Source: Raja brachyura (lineage: Eukaryota). Taken from it: a stretch of DNA of 64,000 bases. Under the pieces are notes generated by a model, which worked only from the letters and a program-made list of their open reading frames with translations, was not told the DNA's origin and did no database searches. The stretch is taken from assembly GCA_963514005.1 (NCBI GenBank), contig OY740810.1, positions 19,654,001 to 19,718,000 on the forward strand. Direction: 5' to 3'. Of this stretch, positions 62,401 to 64,000 are shown in pieces. The first letter of the stretch is position 1. Each line of letters opens with the position of its first letter. Position numbers and translations under genes: made by a program.

Positions 62401-64000
62401 AATCCTTCAAAATAAATGTTGACGATTCCTTATTTATTCACCCATTAAAGTATTTAAAAGGAAAGTTAAGAAAACTCGTGCAGGCATACTGACCTGAAAC
62501 GTCAACTTTCTCTGTCTAGAGAAGCTGCCGACACATACACAGAATATTCCCCCTATTCTTATTTTATTGCAATAGCTTTCTAATTTGCTGACAATTTTCC
62601 ATTTTAATTTTACAGAACATCACGTAATTATTATAATCAATTAAAACCAAACCAAATAATTTACTGAAACAACAATTGTTGATATATCTGTTAAGGAAAC
62701 ATTCGATTTTACCCAGGGCTCTCCGGGCAGTTTGTACGCCCAATTTTCGTTGAGAATCAAATTTTACAATGGAAATTTAATTTGAAAAAAATCCAATCTC
62801 ACCTGAAGCAACCTTTGAGTTAGCAAACTGAAATAACGAGGATCACTGCAACGCTGTGGCGTGTCCACCTAATTGAGGGGCGGGGACAGGTCGAGGCGTG
62901 CGAACGTGCATTACTATCAGGGTGGGATGTATGATGGCTTTATAATAAATCAATTTAAAAAAACAATTCTAATTGGAAGAAACGATTACTGGAATTGGAA
63001 ATACCTCGAGACCACTGTTTCTTTGGCGAAGGACTCTGCTGGACGAGACGTCGCCTCAATTCCTTCATGGCGATGTGACAGGGAGCAGCCCTTTTCCAGC
63101 TTTTTATAGCTGCAGGTTGAACTAAAGGGAGGAGCAAATGGGAGGAGCTAACCTTCTTATCCTTCTCACTTATCCATTTTACAGTTACGTAAAAAGCAAC
63201 CGCATCTGTTTAAAAAATAAACACAATTAGAATCACCTTTCGCATCACCTTCGATTTATTTCCGCAAAGCCTTTTGAGGGGGAGCAACTTTCATCAATGA
63301 AGCAAAAATCCGGATGGAAAAGATCTGTCGGAAAGCTTTACAGGGAAGGGGGTCAGGAATAGCTTTGATCAGGCGAGGGGTTGAGAAGAGAAACCATCAG
63401 ACAGATGTATTGAAGAGGGGCTGGCGGTAGGGATGGGCATTCTGAACTTAGATTTGTGAGTGAACACAGGATTGATTTAATTTTCCGGGCAAGCTAGGTG
63501 ACCGGGAAAGGACCAGGTGGGCCAATTTACCCCATGCGGTGGTTCTGTTTTGAAGATAGAAGAGTTTGAATCGTTCGACTGTGAAAGAGGAACGAGTTGG
63601 AGGGAAACTTAAAGAAATTGAATATTTAAAAATAAAGAAAAAATCCAAATCGCACAGGACTAGTCACATTTATTTCTTCTGTGTCACCTCATATGTTATC
63701 CTTTCCAATGACCTGAGTGTTCACAGTCTACATGTAGCTGAAGGCTATTTCATGTTGTCTATTTACTGTGTAAAGTTTTTTTATGTTGTTACTTGTTTTA
63801 ACCGAGTGTTTTTTTCCGTCTGGATCAGACAATTTACCGGTTAAGATCCCACTCCAAGCTCCCATATTTTGATCGGGCTCCATTATAATACTGAGAATGC
63901 ATTGACATCAAAGCCAGCAATCCGGATTTACATTACGCTTTTATATGACAGCGATATTACCCATGGAAAATTGTCACGCTGATCCGACACGACACGAAAT

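Noticed and set aside
1-64000. miR-7 sponge (CDR1as/Cyrano-like) or additional clustered miRNAs
   Set aside because: Only a few scattered GTCTTCC seeds outside the hairpin itself; no other mature miRNA recognised by eye, though a covariance search could still find one.

Overview
Eukaryotic, repeat-rich vertebrate DNA. The repeat inventory (HE1/V-SINE-like tRNA SINEs, CR1/HER1 LINEs, Rex1/Babar, Penelope-like elements, Tx1 and RTE relics) points to a cartilaginous fish, probably a skate or ray; this is inferred from the repeats. No intact protein-coding gene is recognisable, and every ORF with recognisable homology is a retroelement fragment. The one clear gene is a microRNA, pre-miR-7, on the minus strand (mature 5p arm 20978-21001, star arm 20938-20959). 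Upstream of it on the same strand are CpG-rich promoter-like regions (about 31.4-32.4 kb and 36.7-37.0 kb) and candidate spliced exons suggesting a non-coding host gene. A second CpG island at about 13.2-13.9 kb holds a likely non-coding first exon of an unidentified minus-strand gene. Other notable structure: about 25 short Penelope-derived repeats carrying a minimal hammerhead-ribozyme-like core (some as snap-back palindromes with target-site duplications), a nest of four retroelements at 6.7-11.7 kb, a perfect 202-bp inverted repeat at 54.0/55.6 kb, a diverged 291-bp duplicated enhancer-like module at 58.0/59.1 kb, and a CpG-retaining domain over the last 7 kb. Boundaries of degraded repeats are approximate.
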